A stretch of DNA of 63,976 nucleotides, filler included, from Reclinomonas americana ATCC 50394 (GCA_048213135.1; 12 parts of 9 records of this genome joined end to end with filler, not necessarily neighbours in it); one strand, 5' to 3'. Numbered from the whole stretch's first letter, positions 12,221 to 26,027 are shown. Made by a program: numbers and translations. The notes: generated by a model from the sequence alone, not told the origin.

Positions 12221-15200
12221 ATGCGTCGAATTTATTCCCCGCCTCCATGCCGTCTGCACATTCTTCTCTCTCTCCTCGCCCTACTCTCTCTCCTCGCTGC
12301 GTGTCGTGGTGAGGCAGTGGGAGATGACGACCCACGACTTGCATGCCCGCGTCGTGTGCTGGACCCTGCGCTGTCTGCACAGCACGTCGTTGTGCCTCTC
12401 GACACCGGCGGGGAGGTGGTGGTGACTGTCAGCCACGAGCACAGCACCATTGGTGATGCAGGTGAGTGTGCACTCGTGTGTGTACGATTTCTGTTTCTCC
12501 ATTTTGATGTGTTGCGATGCTGTTGGATGCGAACACGCAGTGAGAGAAGCCTTGTCAGCGAGTGCGCTCTCTTCTGCAGCTTCTGAGGACCTTGTGGAAC
12601 GAGTGTCCAACAGCGTGCTTGCAGCGTTGCAGGTTTGTTATATCTGTCCTTGTTTCACTCGCTCCCTCTCTCTCTCTCCCTCCTTCTCCCTCCCTCTCCC
12701 TCCCTCTCCCTCTCCCTCCCTCCCTCACCCTCCCTCTCCCTCCTTCTCCTTCTCCCTCTCCTTCTCCATCCTTCTCCCTCCCTCTTCCTTGTTGTTTACA
12801 CCTCTCCACGGTGCAGACGCAGCACCTCAGGCGCGTCGGATGTGGCGCTTACACATCAGGCGCTCATGAGGAAGCAGGTGGAGTCTACAGCATGGATATG
12901 CCGCGCTTTGCCGTGTACCCCGCACGAACATGGACCGTGTCGGTGCCGGTGGGAGGCGCCGGTGCAATAAGGGACGTTTCGGTGGACATGTACTCGGCGC
13001 CGACTTTGTGGGGCGCAGGTGCGTTATTGAGGGGAGAAAAGAGGAAGGCAATCATTGTTAACTATGCTTCTCCTCCACGAAGTCACGGCGGCGGTGGGCG
13101 AGGACAATGATGTGGCGCGCATTGCGTTGCACTTGAGCTGGCATGCCTTCATCTCGGTGAGTTTGGATGTGGTCGAATCTCCCTTTGTATTCCTCACTCC
13201 TGTTTTCGCCGTATCTCTTCTGCCTTCATCTTCCTCTGCCATACACTGTCGTCACGAGCTGACTTTGCCGTTTATGCCACAACAGAAAGGCATGCTGATG
13301 GTAGACCGGCGCAAACGGTTTTGCAACTTTGTCGCCGACTGGATTGTTGCGTGCGTAGATCCTTGCTGTGCTGCGCCGTCGTTCTCATCTATGGGCATGC
13401 TGCAGTCGCGAAAACCACTGACATTGACGCCTGCCGCGGTCAAGCTCGCCGCCGCTCAACATCGACCATTTCTCGCCGAGTGGAGATACGCCACGCCGCT
13501 GCTGCTGCACCGGGCGCTATTGTCGCCGGCATCGCAGTTGACGAGTGCTGACTTGCTCTGCCTCTCCTTGCACGGTATGTGCGCGCGGTGCCACTCCTCA
13601 TCGCTGCGTGGCTACTCACAGTTGTTGCAATGCGACAGGGGTTGCGGATCTTGTAATGGACGACCGAGATTGCGAGTATCTCGGTCCGCAGTTCGCTCAG
13701 CGCAGCCGCACGATGATGCCGCCGCCGCTGCCCGACCGCTCCGAGCCACCTGTGCACACGCTGGCGGTCGCCTTGCACTCCAGCAAGCGGACGGCGAAGA
13801 TTCTGGGCATCGAGGTTTATCCTGCCGACTTGTGTCGCGAGATGGAGACGGAGATGTGGCGCGTTCTCACGGACAAGAGGGCGCTGGTGGAGGCAGCTGC
13901 TGCTGTGGGAAACTTTCGCGCACCGACTCCGCAGTCGTTGTTCCCCCAGCAACAGGGACCAGCGATGCATGAGAGCCGGCTGATGTTGGACAAGCTGGCG
14001 GCAGTGTTGGCGAATCCGCGCATGAGTGTGCAGCATGACAACTCACCGTATCGGCTGGTGGTGTTTACGGAGGTGCAGATCATGTCGGAGAACTCGGTGC
14101 AGTATCTGGCGCTTGTCAAAGTGTGGGTGGCGCGCTTCTTTGCCGCGCACGGCGATCGGCTGCTGCCGCTGATTGTGTGCGCTGATGAGACGACAGTTAC
14201 GGCTGTTAGGGGAGTACTGGGACCCGACCGAGATGTTGGAGTGGTGCTCGACGAGTCGGGCTGGTGAGGGAAGAGAGAGAGAGAGAGGAGAGAGGAGAGA
14301 GGAGAGAGAGAGAGAGTGAGAGAGAGGAGGGTGGATGAGACGTAACGGTTACAATTATTTCCTTTCCTTGTCATGCGACGGTCCGGCGGTAAGAACGGTC
14401 ACGTGTACACGAANNNNNNNNNNNNNNNNNNNNNNNNNNNNNNNNNNNNNNNNNNNNNNNNNNNNNNNNNNNNNNNNNNNNNNNNNNNNNNNNNNNNNNN
14501 NNNNNNNNNNNNNNNNNNNNNNNNNNNNNNNNNNNNNNNNNNNNNNNNNNNNNNNNNNNNNNNNNNNNNNNNNNNNNNNNNNNNNNNNNNNNNNNNNNNN
14601 NNNNNNNNNNNNNNNNNNNNNNNNNNNNNNNNNNNNNNNNNNNNNNNNNNNNNNNNNNNNNNNNNNNNNNNNNNNNNNNNNNNNNNNNNNNNNNNNNNNN
14701 NNNNNNNNNNNNNNNNNNNNNNNNNNNNNNNNNNNNNNNNNNNNNNNNNNNNNNNNNNNNNNNNNNNNNNNNNNNNNNNNNNNNNNNNNNNNNNNNNNNN
14801 NNNNNNNNNNNNNNNNNNNNNNNNNNNNNNNNNNNNNNNNNNNNNNNNNNNNNNNNNNNNNNNNNNNNNNNNNNNNNNNNNNNNNNNNNNNNNNNNNNNN
14901 NNNNNNNNNNNNNNNNNNNNNNNNNNNNNNNNNNNNNNNNNNNNNNNNNNNNNNNNNNNNNNNNNNNNNNNNNNNNNNNNNNNNNNNNNNNNNNNNNNNN
15001 NNNNNNNNNNNNNNNNNNNNNNNNNNNNNNNNNNNNNNNNNNNNNNNNNNNNNNNNNNNNNNNNNNNNNNNNNNNNNNNNNNNNNNNNNNNNNNNNNNNN
15101 NNNNNNNNNNNNNNNNNNNNNNNNNNNNNNNNNNNNNNNNNNNNNNNNNNNNNNNNNNNNNNNNNNNNNNNNNNNNNNNNNNNNNNNNNNNNNNNNNNNN

Positions 15201-15335
15201 NNNNNNNNNNNNNNNNNNNNNNNNNNNNNNNNNNNNNNNNNNNNNNNNNNNNNNNNNNNNNNNNNNNNNNNNNNNNNNNNNNNNNNNNNNNNNNNNNNNN
15301 NNNNNNNNNNNNNNNNNNNNNNNNNNNNNNNNNNN

Positions 15336-15379
<44 letters not shown>

Positions 15380-16274
15380 GAGAGAGAGGGTGGATGAGCA
15401 ACGGTTCAATATTCTTCCTTGTCATGCAGGTCCGCGGTAGAACGGTCACGTGTACACGACCGTGCTGGCTTCCCATCCATCGTCAGATTGCGGTACATGT
15501 ACGGCTACCTGCTGCTTCGGTGCGGTGTGCAGCCGTTCCACATCGACATGGATGCCGTGTTCGTGCGGCCCGTGTGGGACCTGCCGCAAGCATGGTCAGC
15601 ATCGGAGGTGTACGACATTCCACCCGATATCATCTTCCACGCCGATCTCTTCGGTGCCGACCACGACGCCTCGCTGATGCTGGAGGCAATGCCGCGAGAG
15701 CGTACTCGCGATCCTTGGTCGTATGCTATTCCGAGCAGTTTGTCGGACTTTGGCAAGGTGAGTGGGGGGATCGCAAGGCACACGAGGTGGCACGGTGCTC
15801 AAGTACGCTCTCCATGTTGCAGGATAGAATGTCGCCCCACGTATGCGCCTCCCACCAGTATGCACTGAGTATCAACGTGGGGGTGTGGATCGCGCGGCCA
15901 ACTGTGTATGCATTGCGGTTGTTTGCGGCAGCGGTGGGCCAGTTGAATCGGCGCTGGTCGGAGCTGCAGGATCAGCAATTCGTGAATGCGCTAGTCGACG
16001 TGCATGTGCGCCTCGGCCGCCTGCGCATCGACTGGTTCGATCTGCAGCAGGTCAACACGCTGAGCGGCATCGGGTTGCTGGTGGCGCGAAGGCAGATGAG
16101 CGACAAGCCGGAGGAGACGGACTTGGTGATTGTGAGTGGTGTGGTTTTCGGATGAAAATGCTGTGTGGCGATTCTAAACTTGTGTGCATTTCTTGTCGTG
16201 TGTAGGTGCACGCCTGTGGGAAGGGTGACAAGGTCGGCCAGCTCAAACGGTTACTGTGGTGGAAGTCGCTGTAA
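12221..16274 (+). CDS. Nucleotide-diphospho-sugar transferase (GT77/PF03407-like), tandem copy 1, with signal peptide and long N-terminal region
   Basis: Hydrophobic leader LLSLLALLSLLAACRG. GT-A motifs LLLRCGVQPFHIDMDAVFVRPV (DxD), INVGVWIARPT, DQQFVNAL and terminal VHACGKGDKVGQLKRLLWWKSL*. Confidence 0.75.
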
Positions 16275-16829
16275 TATTTAATCGGATTGAAGTTGTTGTT
16301 TTGCTGTCACACACATCGGCCATTGCATGCGCCTTTCTCCGCTCTTTCTCACGCACATCATAACTCAGCGTGTGCTTCGCTTTCAGCAGATTCAGCTCGA
16401 CAGTGCAGCCATTGTCGACGGCAGTGCTGAGGACTTCAGGTGTGTGTTCTCTGTCATGACGTCATGTTTTGTACATCTTGACAAGTGAGGAGTCGCACAA
16501 GCCGCTTCGTGATGATGTGACCCCCTTCCGGCAAGAGCGATAGCGAATTGCCTGCTCAAAGCAGCCACAGCAGCTGGAGGTGCGCGACACGGGGAGATGG
16601 TGGACGACTTGTATGGCCGAGGAATGCGCGGTGAAGGCCGACGTCATTCTGACGGCGGGGCCATAAAAGTCAGTTGCATTTCCTGCTCTGCCTGATCCGC
16701 CTGCTTCTTACCTCTCTGTGTACACTCGCAGTGCGAGAGAAGCATTGCACAAATACCAAACGTCGATGCTGGTTTTTGTACAAACCAAAGCAATTACGCT
16801 ACGCATTTTAAATTTTCATTCGCATATCT

Positions 16830-19777
16830 ATGCGGCGAAACTCTCGCTTGTGCTTTTTTCTCGCCCCTCTCTCTCTCCTCGTCCTACTCTCTCTCCTCGC
16901 TGTGTGCAGTGGTGAGCCAAGGGGGGAAGATGACACTGATGCACGACTTGCATGCCCGCATCGTGTGCTGGACCCTGCACTGCCCGCACAACATCTTGTT
17001 GTGCCTCTCGACGCCGGCGGGGAGGTGGTGGTGACTGTCAGCCACGAGCACGTCACCGTGGGTCATGCAGGTGAGTGTGCGCGCGTGTTTGTGTCTGAGT
17101 GAATGTGTGCTTCATCTCCGTTCTCCATTCTTCTGATTCCGCAAACACGCAGTGAGAGAAGCCTTGGCAGCGAGTGCGCTCTCTTCTGCAGCTTCTGAGG
17201 ACCTCGTCGAACGAGTGTCCAACAGCGTGCTTGCAGCGTTGCAGGTTTGTTATATCTGTCCTTGTTTCACTCTCTCTCTCTCTCATCTCTCCCTCCTCTC
17301 TCTCTCTCATCTCCTCCCTCCCTCTCCCTCCCTCTCCCTCTCCCTCCCTCTCCCTCCCTCTCCCTCTCCCTCCTTCTCCATCCTTCTCCCTCCCTCTTCC
17401 TTGTTGTTTACACCTCTCCACGGTGCAGACGCAGCACCTCAGGCGCGTCGGATGTGGCGCTCGCACAGCAGGCGCCGACGCGGAAGCAGGTGGAGTCTAC
17501 AACATGGATATGCCGCGCTTTGCCGTGTATCCTGCACGAACATGGACCGTGTCGGTGCCGGTGGGAGGCGCCGGTGCAATAAGAGACGTTTCAGTGGACA
17601 TGTACTCGGCGCCGACGTTGTGGGGCGCAGGTGCGTTGTTGGGAGGGAAAAAAAAAAAAGGAAGGCGTTGTTCATTTATTATTCCCCTCCATGCAGTCGT
17701 GGCGGCGGTGGGCGAGGACAACGATGTGGCGCGCATTGCGTTGCACTTGAGCTGGCATGCCTTCATCTCGGTGAGTTTGGATGTGGTCGAATCTCCCTTT
17801 GTATTCCTCACTCCTGTTTTCGCCGTATCTCTTCTGCCTTCATCTTCCTCTGCCATACACTGCCGTCACGAGCTGACCTCCTTGCCATGCATGCCACAAC
17901 AGAACGGCATCATGCTGGTGGACCGGCGCAAACGGTTTTGCAACTTTGTCGCCGACTGGATTGTTGCGTGCGTCGATTTCGATCTGCTGCGCCGTCGTTC
18001 TCATCGTTGGGCATGCTGCAGTCGCGAAAACCGCTGACACTGACGCCTGCCGCGGACAAGCTCGCCGCCGCTCAACATCGACCATTTCTCGCCGAGTGGA
18101 GATATGCCACACCGCTCTTGCAGCGGTCGCTCTCATCGCCAGCATCGCAGTTGACAAATGCTGACCTGCTTTGCCTCTCCTTGCACGGTATGTGCGCGCG
18201 GTGCCACTCCTCATCGCTGCGTGGAGACTCACAGTTGTTGCAATGTGACAGGGGGTGCAGATCTTGTTATGGACGACCGAGATTGCGAGTATCTCGGCCC
18301 GCAGTTCGCTCAGCGCAGCCTCACCATGATGCCGCCGCCGCTGCCTGATCACTCCGAGCCACCTGTGCACACGCTGGCGGTCGCCTTGCGCTCCAGCAGT
18401 CGGGTGGCAGAGGCTCCGAGCATCGAGTTCTACCCTGCCGACCTGTGTCGCGAGATGGAGACGGAGATGTGGCGCGTTCTCACGGACAAGAGGGCACTGG
18501 TGGAGGCGGCGGCTGCCGTAGGAAACTTTCGCGCGCCGACTCCGCAGTCATTGTTCCCCCAGCAGCAAGGGCTACTGATGAACGAGAGCCGGCTGATGTT
18601 GGACAAGCTGGCCGCGGTGTTGGCGAATCCGCGCATGAGCGTGCTACCTGACAACTCACCGTATCGGCTGGTGGTGTTTACGGAGGTGCAGATCATGTCG
18701 GAGAACTCGGTGCAGTATCTGGCGCTTGTCAAAGTGTGGGTGGCGCGCTTCTTTGCCGCGCACGGTGATCGGCTGCTGCCGCTGATTGTGTGCGCTGATG
18801 AGACGACAGTTACGGCTGTCAGGGGAGTATTAGGACCCGACCGAGATGCTGGAGTGGTGCTCGACGAGTCGGGCTGGTGAGGAAAGTAGGGAGATGATGA
18901 GGACATGGCGATGAGCAGCATTCCAACATTCTGTGTGTTACACAGGGCTGTCGACCGACCACACGACCCAGCCGGATTCCCGCCAGTAGTCAACCTGCGT
19001 ACACTTTACGGGTACCTGCTGCTGCGATGTGGCGTGCAACCGTTTCACATCGACATGGATGCCGTGTTTGTGCGGCCGGTGTGGGACCTGCCACAAGCAT
19101 GGTCAGCATCGGAGGTGTACGACATTCCACCCGATATCATCTTCCACGCCGATCTCTTCGGTGCCGACCACGACGCCTCGCTGATGCTGGACGCGACGCC
19201 GCGAGTGCGGACTCGCGATCCTTGGTCGTATGCCATCCCCGGCAGTTTGTCGGACTTTGGCAAGGTGCGCGGTGGGGAGCACGAAGAAGGAAATCTCCGA
19301 GCCACTCATTGAGCTGCTGTTGTTTCAGGATATTCTACCGGCCCACGTATGCGCCTCCCACCAGTATGCGCTGAGCATCAATACAGGGGCATGGACCGCG
19401 CGACCGACAGTGTATGCGTTGCGGTTGTTTGCGGCGGCGGTGGGCCAGTTGAATCGGCGCTGGTCGGAACTGCAAGATCAGCAGTTCATGAATGCGCTGG
19501 TCGACGTGCATGTGCGCCTCGGCCGCCTGCGCATCGACTGGTTTGATCTGCAGCAGGTCAACACGCTGAGCGGCATCGGGTTGCTGGTGGCGCGAAGGCA
19601 GATGAGCGACAAGCCGGAGGAGACGGACTTGGTGATTGTGAGTGGTGTGGTTTTCGGATGGAAACGATGCTTGCAAATCATGAGCTTGTGCGTTCTTGTC
19701 GTGTACAGGTGCACGCCTGTGGGAAGGGTGACAAGGTCGGCCAGCTCAAACGGTTACTGTGGTGGAAGTCGCTGTAA
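16830..19777 (+). CDS. GT77-like glycosyltransferase, tandem copy 2
   Basis: Same exon structure and near-identical motifs (HIDMDAVF, INTGAWTARPT, DQQFMNAL, VHACGKGDK…WWKSL*). Leader MRRNSRLCFFLAPLSLLVLLSLLAVCSG. Confidence 0.75.
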
Positions 19778-20147
19778 TGTTTAATCGGATTGAAGTTGTT
19801 GTTTTGCTGTCACACACATCGGCCATTGCATGCGCCTTCCTCCGCTCTTTCTCACGCACACTATGATTCAGCATGTACATCACCTTCAGCAGATTCAGCT
19901 CGACAGTGCAGCCATTGTCGGCGGCAGTTCTGTGGACGTGAAGGTGATTTCTCCGTCTCGTTTCGTACATCTTGACAAGTGGGGAGTCGCACTCCCCGTT
20001 TCGTGATGATGTGTTCTCGTTTCCATCCCTGTACACGCTGAGACTTCATCAGTCCCACAGACTCTGGATCTGCTCGCTGACAGTGACCCGGCTCGGAGGC
20101 AGTCGACATCGACATCGAACATCACATAAATTTCTTTCTCTCCGAAC

Positions 20148-20496
20148 ATGAACGCCGAGCTCGAGCCCGCCGCCGCCGCCGTTGCCGCTCCTCCTCCTCT
20201 CCCCGTCGCCATCGACTGGGATCGCCTGCACACTCAGGTCATCGACTCGCCACTCTGCAGCACACTGCTCAAGGCCGCCTCCGGGTACCACGACGATCCA
20301 GTGATGGCAATGCGCGATGTACCTGCAGATCGCGTGGAGGAGCTGCGCCCACTCATTGTCGACCTCGCCGGTTGGTGCAATGAGAAGGTGGGTGTGATGG
20401 TGATGGAGGGAGAGAGGCAGAGAGAGAAGGAGTGCGCGAGACACACGCACTCACTCACTCACATACTCACACTCACACACTCACACAGAGAGAGAG

Positions 20497-20535
<39 letters not shown>

Positions 20536-23500
20536 AGAGAGGAAAGAGAGAGTGCAGGTGAGTATTTCCGAACAAATGCACTCTCTCACACTCACACACA
20601 CACACACTCACTCCCATACACACTCGCTCACTCACTCTCACACACTCTTGCACACACACTCACACGCACAGAGGAATGCAAGTGAGCATTTCCGAACAAT
20701 CCCTTGCTGTCTCATGCACATAAGCTTCCCTCTCTCACACCCTCTGTTCCCTCTTTCTCTCTCTGCACGCTCTTTGTACACTCTTTGCACCCAGCACAGT
20801 CCGAGTATTTCCGAACAATTGCTGCTGCACAGACCGCGGACATGATCAAGGGCTTGTGCACACTCCTCGACACCGTCGGCGTTGCTGAGATTGGCGACGG
20901 CGAGGAGCCGGCGGAGCGCTCGCGACGTCGCCACAACACGCTGCGATTGTTGTGCCGTCTGACGCAGCGCGTCGATCTCGACTGGGAGCTGGATGTGGAC
21001 GAGGACACGCAGCGCACGGTGAAGGAGCGGCTCATGGCGCACTTCAAGTCCTCGGCAAGTGATCGTGTGACCATGGAGTTCCTCCTGCAGCTCGTCACGC
21101 AGGTCGCAGTCATGGCCTTGCAGTTGCGTTTTATTTTTCCGCGTTTTTTTTGTTCGCCACTTGCGTGCTGAGACGCCATGCAGGATGGAGGCTGGATGGC
21201 CGCCGCTGACTGGCACGCTGGTGTTTTGCATTTGCTCGGAGAACTCTGTGCTGCGCGAGTTCGCACTGAACACCTTCCGCAATGTGTTCCCGCACATGGC
21301 CGAGTCCAGCGTGCAGCAGATGCTGCCGGGCGTGGTCGGCATTCTGCGTCGCATCATCAGCGCTGGTGTGTGTGTGTGTCGCACCTCCTGCCTTGCATTG
21401 CTCTCACGCTGACTTTCTCGCTTTTGCAAGACGCGTCGGTGGACATGCGCTGCATCGCCGCCACCCTCGTTCTCTCCATTCTCTGCGAACTGTCGGAGCG
21501 AGCCGCGATTGTTAACTTGCTCAAACCGCTCGTGTCGCTCACGGCCGCCGTCATCCGCGACGCCTTTGCGCAGCAGCTGTACAAGCGGTCGACCGATCTG
21601 CTGCAAGCCTTGGAGACGCTGGTGAGCGACGTGCCGCAGGTGCTGAAGCAGCAAGTCGACGGCGTCGTGGAGGTGTTGATTACCCTCATGAGCGACGCCG
21701 CGCTGGGCGAAGCCGATGAGCTCTCCGCTGTTCGCATCGCCGCGGCGAAGGTGTTTCTCGCCATGGTCAACGCCTTCAAGCCACTGCGCAAGAAGAAGGC
21801 CCTCGTCACCGGCTTCCTGCAGACGCTGCTGCACTGGACCACACTGGTCACCGACGAGACCTTCATTTGGGACTGGTCGTCGGTGCGTTAACGCTCCGTG
21901 TTCACTCACTCACACACTCCATCTAATAATCAATCGCTTGCTGCTGCTGTGGTGCAGGTGGAGGATGGCGCGGAATGTGGTCGAGTGCTGTACTGCGACA
22001 GTGTCCGGATGCTGGGTGCTGTGGCCTCCTCGCGCATCGGTACAAACACACACCGCGCAGTGCCCGTGTGTTCGTGTTCGCCGTGCCTGACATAGCCCTC
22101 TCCTCCCTTTGCTCCTCACCTGCAGGCAGCAAGAACCTCCCGTTGTTTGCCAGCCTGATTCAGGATTGCAGTGTGGCGGCAGAGTGGCAGCGGCGTTCGC
22201 TGGTCGGCCTGCTGTTGCTGTGCATGTGTGACGAGCTGAAGGACCACCTGGCACCACTGCTGGGCCAGTTGATGCCAGTCGTGATTCGCCTCGGTGACGA
22301 TCGAGACTCCCGTGTGCGTTCGAACGCCATCGGTGCCATCTGTACATTGCTCAGTGCCTATCAGCCGGAGGCCTCAAAGACCTATTTCCGAGAAATCATG
22401 CCGCTCTTGCTTCGCCATATTCTCGATCCTGACGAGCGGTGCGTTGTGTGGGCGTCTCTCTTTGCGATGGTGTGCAGATGCTGGAGACTCAATTTTGCTT
22501 TCTTCCCTTTCTCCTTCTCCCTTCTTTCTTTCATCCTCACCCTCCCCTTTCCTTCTCCGCCCTTCCGTCTTTTCCTTTCCATCGTCCCCCTTCATTTCCG
22601 TCTTCCCCCTTGTCCATTCCCCCTTGTCCATTCCCCCTTGTCCATTCCCCCCTTCTCCATTCCCCCCTTGTCCATTCCCCCCTTGTCCATTCCCCCCTTG
22701 TCCATTCCCCCCTTGTCCATTCCCCCCTTGTCCATTCCCCCTTTGTCCATTCCCCCCTTGTCCATTCCCCCTTGTCCATTCCCCCTTGTCCATTCCCCCT
22801 TGTCCATTCCCCCATGTCCATTCCCCCTTGTCCATACCCCCTTGTCCATTCCCCCTTGTCCATTCCCCCTTTCTCCATTCACCTTTCTCCATTCCCCCTT
22901 GTCCATACCCCCTTGTCCATTCCCCCTTCCCCTTCTTCCCCTTCTCCATACCCCCTTGTCCATCCCCTTTCCCGTCTTCCCCTTCTATTGCCGCAGAGTG
23001 TGGCCAGTTGTCCTCCTCGCCCTCCGCGATCTGTGCGACACGGACGATGACGTCGACGCCGATTATGTGAGCGAGCTCCTGCCGGAATACGTGGGCGAGC
23101 TGGTGCGCAACTTGGCCGAGTTGGGCGGCCGCAATCTGTCGAATCATCTGGTGCAACCGTTTGGCATCCTCCTTGCAGTGTTGGTTCGCTCCGCCCCGGC
23201 GTGCATGGTCGCAGTTGAGTGCAACTCTCTATCACACTCTCTATCACACTCTCTATCACTCTGGTTTAACTCACCGACGGCGGAGCAGGAGTACGACAAT
23301 CTCGTGCCATTGCTGCGATCCATGCTGACGCAATCGGAAAGCGACAATGGGAAACTGTCGGAGTTGGCGGCGCTGGCAATCCTGTGCTACGTACATCTGA
23401 GTGCGTCACTCATCAGTCCGCTTGCCGTGTGTTTGCGTGCCATTCTCATTCTCGATCTCCTGTTTGCTGCGCAGTGACTGCGCGTGGTGTCGACGAGTGC

Positions 23501-26027
23501 CGCGAGGACGCACAGCCATTCCTCGACCGTCTGCTGCAAGCACGTGCGTTGTTTGGTTTTCGTCATCGCTGTCCACTGCGCATTTTCGACTCATTCCTTG
23601 TTCCCGAGGTGCAGGTCTGGTCATTTACGAAGACTCTACGAAGAACGCTCAAACGCGAGCGTGGGAGCACTTGCTGCAAGAGTCGCCGCAGTTGGTATCG
23701 GCGCATGTGGGCGCACTGATGTCCTCCGTCGGCGAGGTGTTGCGCGCTGTGCCCGAACCGACGATATTGTCAGTCGATGCTGATGGTTTGTCGCGCACGT
23801 CGGGTGATAACTCCATGAACGTCGCGCGTTGTCTCTGACTCCAACGGGGGCTGTGCTCCAGAGGAAGAGGCTGAGGCTGCCGAAGGGGAAGGGCAATTTA
23901 TCATGATTATGGACGGCCGTAAGATGGTTGGTGATCTGCCTTTTTTTATGTGGTTGCTTCCGCACAACTGACTCCACGCGCACTCACACGCACATGCAGG
24001 TGTTTACAATTGACATGAATCAACTCAACGTACTGAAACAAGGTACGTCTCTGGACTTTCATTACTTAACCCTCCCTCCCTCTCCCTCTCTCACACCCAC
24101 ACGCCATTCTTGTTGCCTCGTGACGCGTGCGCAGCCATGATATTTGTATTCAACGTGGCCAAGTTCTCGCCGACGGTTATTGCGCCGCTAGCGACGCTGT
24201 TGGCACCCTTGCTGCAGCCGCTGCTGCATTACGTTTTCAATACCGACGTGCGCACAGAAGCGTGCGACGCTGCCACTCAGGTGTGCCTGGCCGGCAAGCT
24301 GGCAGGTTGGGTTGTCGTTGTTGCTGTGCATCTCCTGCCGCAAGCTTGTTCGCTTAATAGCTGGCATGGTTGTTGTCTTGTGCAGACGTCGACATGACGC
24401 ACGATCTGGCAGTGCTGATTGTAAGTCGACTGAGCGCAGACATGTCTGGTACGAAGCTTCATGTTCATGTTTTGTGTTTCTGTGCGCCAGTACGTGCGTT
24501 GACCTTGCCGATTGCACACAGCGACTGAGATACAGACGAATCTGCGCAGCCTTTGTTTGCTTGTGGCATCGTGGCAGGAGGATGCACCTGGCTTCTACGA
24601 CAAGGTTCGCCCGCTGTACGACGCATCGTACGCAGTCATTTGCGAGCGAGCCGTGAAAATGCGTACGCCCCTCATCGGTAGGTTGAACAAGTGCGGGGTG
24701 CAATGAGCCAATAATCTCACCTGCGTTTGCAACCGCAGACAGTGTGAGGGGTGATATCGATGGCGAGGTCGAAAATGTGAGTGGTGTGGTTGCACTGGCT
24801 GAAGATGAGATGACTCTGCGGCTGGTAGGCATGATTTCCTTTCGCGAGTGCATGCTTTTGCTCTTTGCTCACCCTTGGCGACACGCAGTTTGCAAAATTC
24901 ATGGAAATCGTTTTGCGCAAGTGCTCCGAGTTCCGAATTGCTTTCACCCCGCACATGTTCCCTGTGATCAACCGTCTGTCTGTTGCGTGGCCATGTTGCT
25001 GCGCCTTGTGTCTTTCTTTGCTGAAGAGCGGTTGGCACATGCAGAGCAATCCAGCGGACTCTGGAATGATTAATGTGGCCGCCATGATTGTCGACGATGT
25101 GTTGGAACTGGGTCGCGAGTCTGTCCCACGTGAGGTGGTGAGGAACGTCATCCAATTCCTCGTCGTGCATGTGTTGTCAGAGTCCTTGCGCTTGCGCCAC
25201 TCGTGCGCGTGGGGTCTGGGCCTGATTCCCGCAACCGCTTGCCAGGACTGGAAGGAGGTTGCTCCAGGTGCAGTGCAATGCAGTGCTCCTTGTGCGCGTG
25301 TGCGTGTGTGTGAATTTTAACACGATGCCACAGCGCTTTTCCGAGTGCTGGGCAGTATGGCTTTGAAGCCGCAGGCCAGAGTTGCACGTGACGACGACGA
25401 CGACGACGGAGATGCCGCCATGGAGGACGAGGACGAGGAGGGTGAAGAGGAACTGGTCGGTGAAGCTGCGCGCGATGCGGAGGGTGCGCGGATCAATGTG
25501 ATATCGGCCATTTTCAAGGTGTGTTGGATTCGACGACAAGCGTCGTCTGGAGTTCCACGTTTTTTCCGCTCACTGCCAACTCGGCACCGCAGGTCGCATC
25601 GGCACTGGAGCCTGGACCGGTGCAAGACGATGCATTCCGTGTGTTTGTCAACAGCTTGCCAGTGAGTCAGGGCGACGACGAGGAGAAGCTTGTTCTGTAC
25701 GCCTCGCTGGCGAGTTTGCTGGAGCGGTGAGCACAGTATGCAATTCATCTCCTGCATAATGGTCGCTAACCGCCCCTTTCGCCCCGTGCCCGCACCAGTG
25801 ATCACTGCAGCGTGGTGCAACTGGGCGACTTCCCGCGCATCATGAACCTCGTGGCCACCATCCTCGAAGACGACGACGTGGACGCGCCGACCCGAGATCG
25901 CGTGCGTGCCGGCGTCAGTCTCCTCTTTGTGCGACACTTCCGCAAGGAAGGGTACGCCGACGCCTTTGCCGAATTGGACGAGTCGGTGCGCGCAGTGCTG
26001 CCGTCGCCGGGGGTGCTCTCCGAGTGA
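20148..26027 (+). CDS. Importin-beta family HEAT-repeat karyopherin (importin-4/importin-5-like), many exons
   Basis: EWQRRSLVGLLLL…DDRDSRVRSNAIGAI…YFREIMPLLLRHILDPDERV; LLHYVFNTDVRTEA; C-terminal ARINVISAIFK…SLPVSQGDDEEKLVLYASLASLLE…DFPRIMNLVA. These fit IPO4/IPO5 signature segments. Confidence 0.75.
22608..22965. repeat. 14-15 bp minisatellite (TTGTCCATTCCCCC[C])n in an importin intron
   Basis: About two dozen visible tandem units between the GT donor (~22439) and the CAG acceptor (~22996). Confidence 0.9.

Noticed and set aside
14270..15460. Apparent direct repeat flanking the 920-N gap (and similarly 6250-6580)
   Set aside because: The left copy is a noisy version of the right copy, so contig ends overlap and the gap is probably spurious.
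19746..20036. Antisense ORF duplicated downstream of both GT77 copies
   Set aside because: The copy near 16250-16500 has an internal stop, and the conservation is explained by recent duplication.
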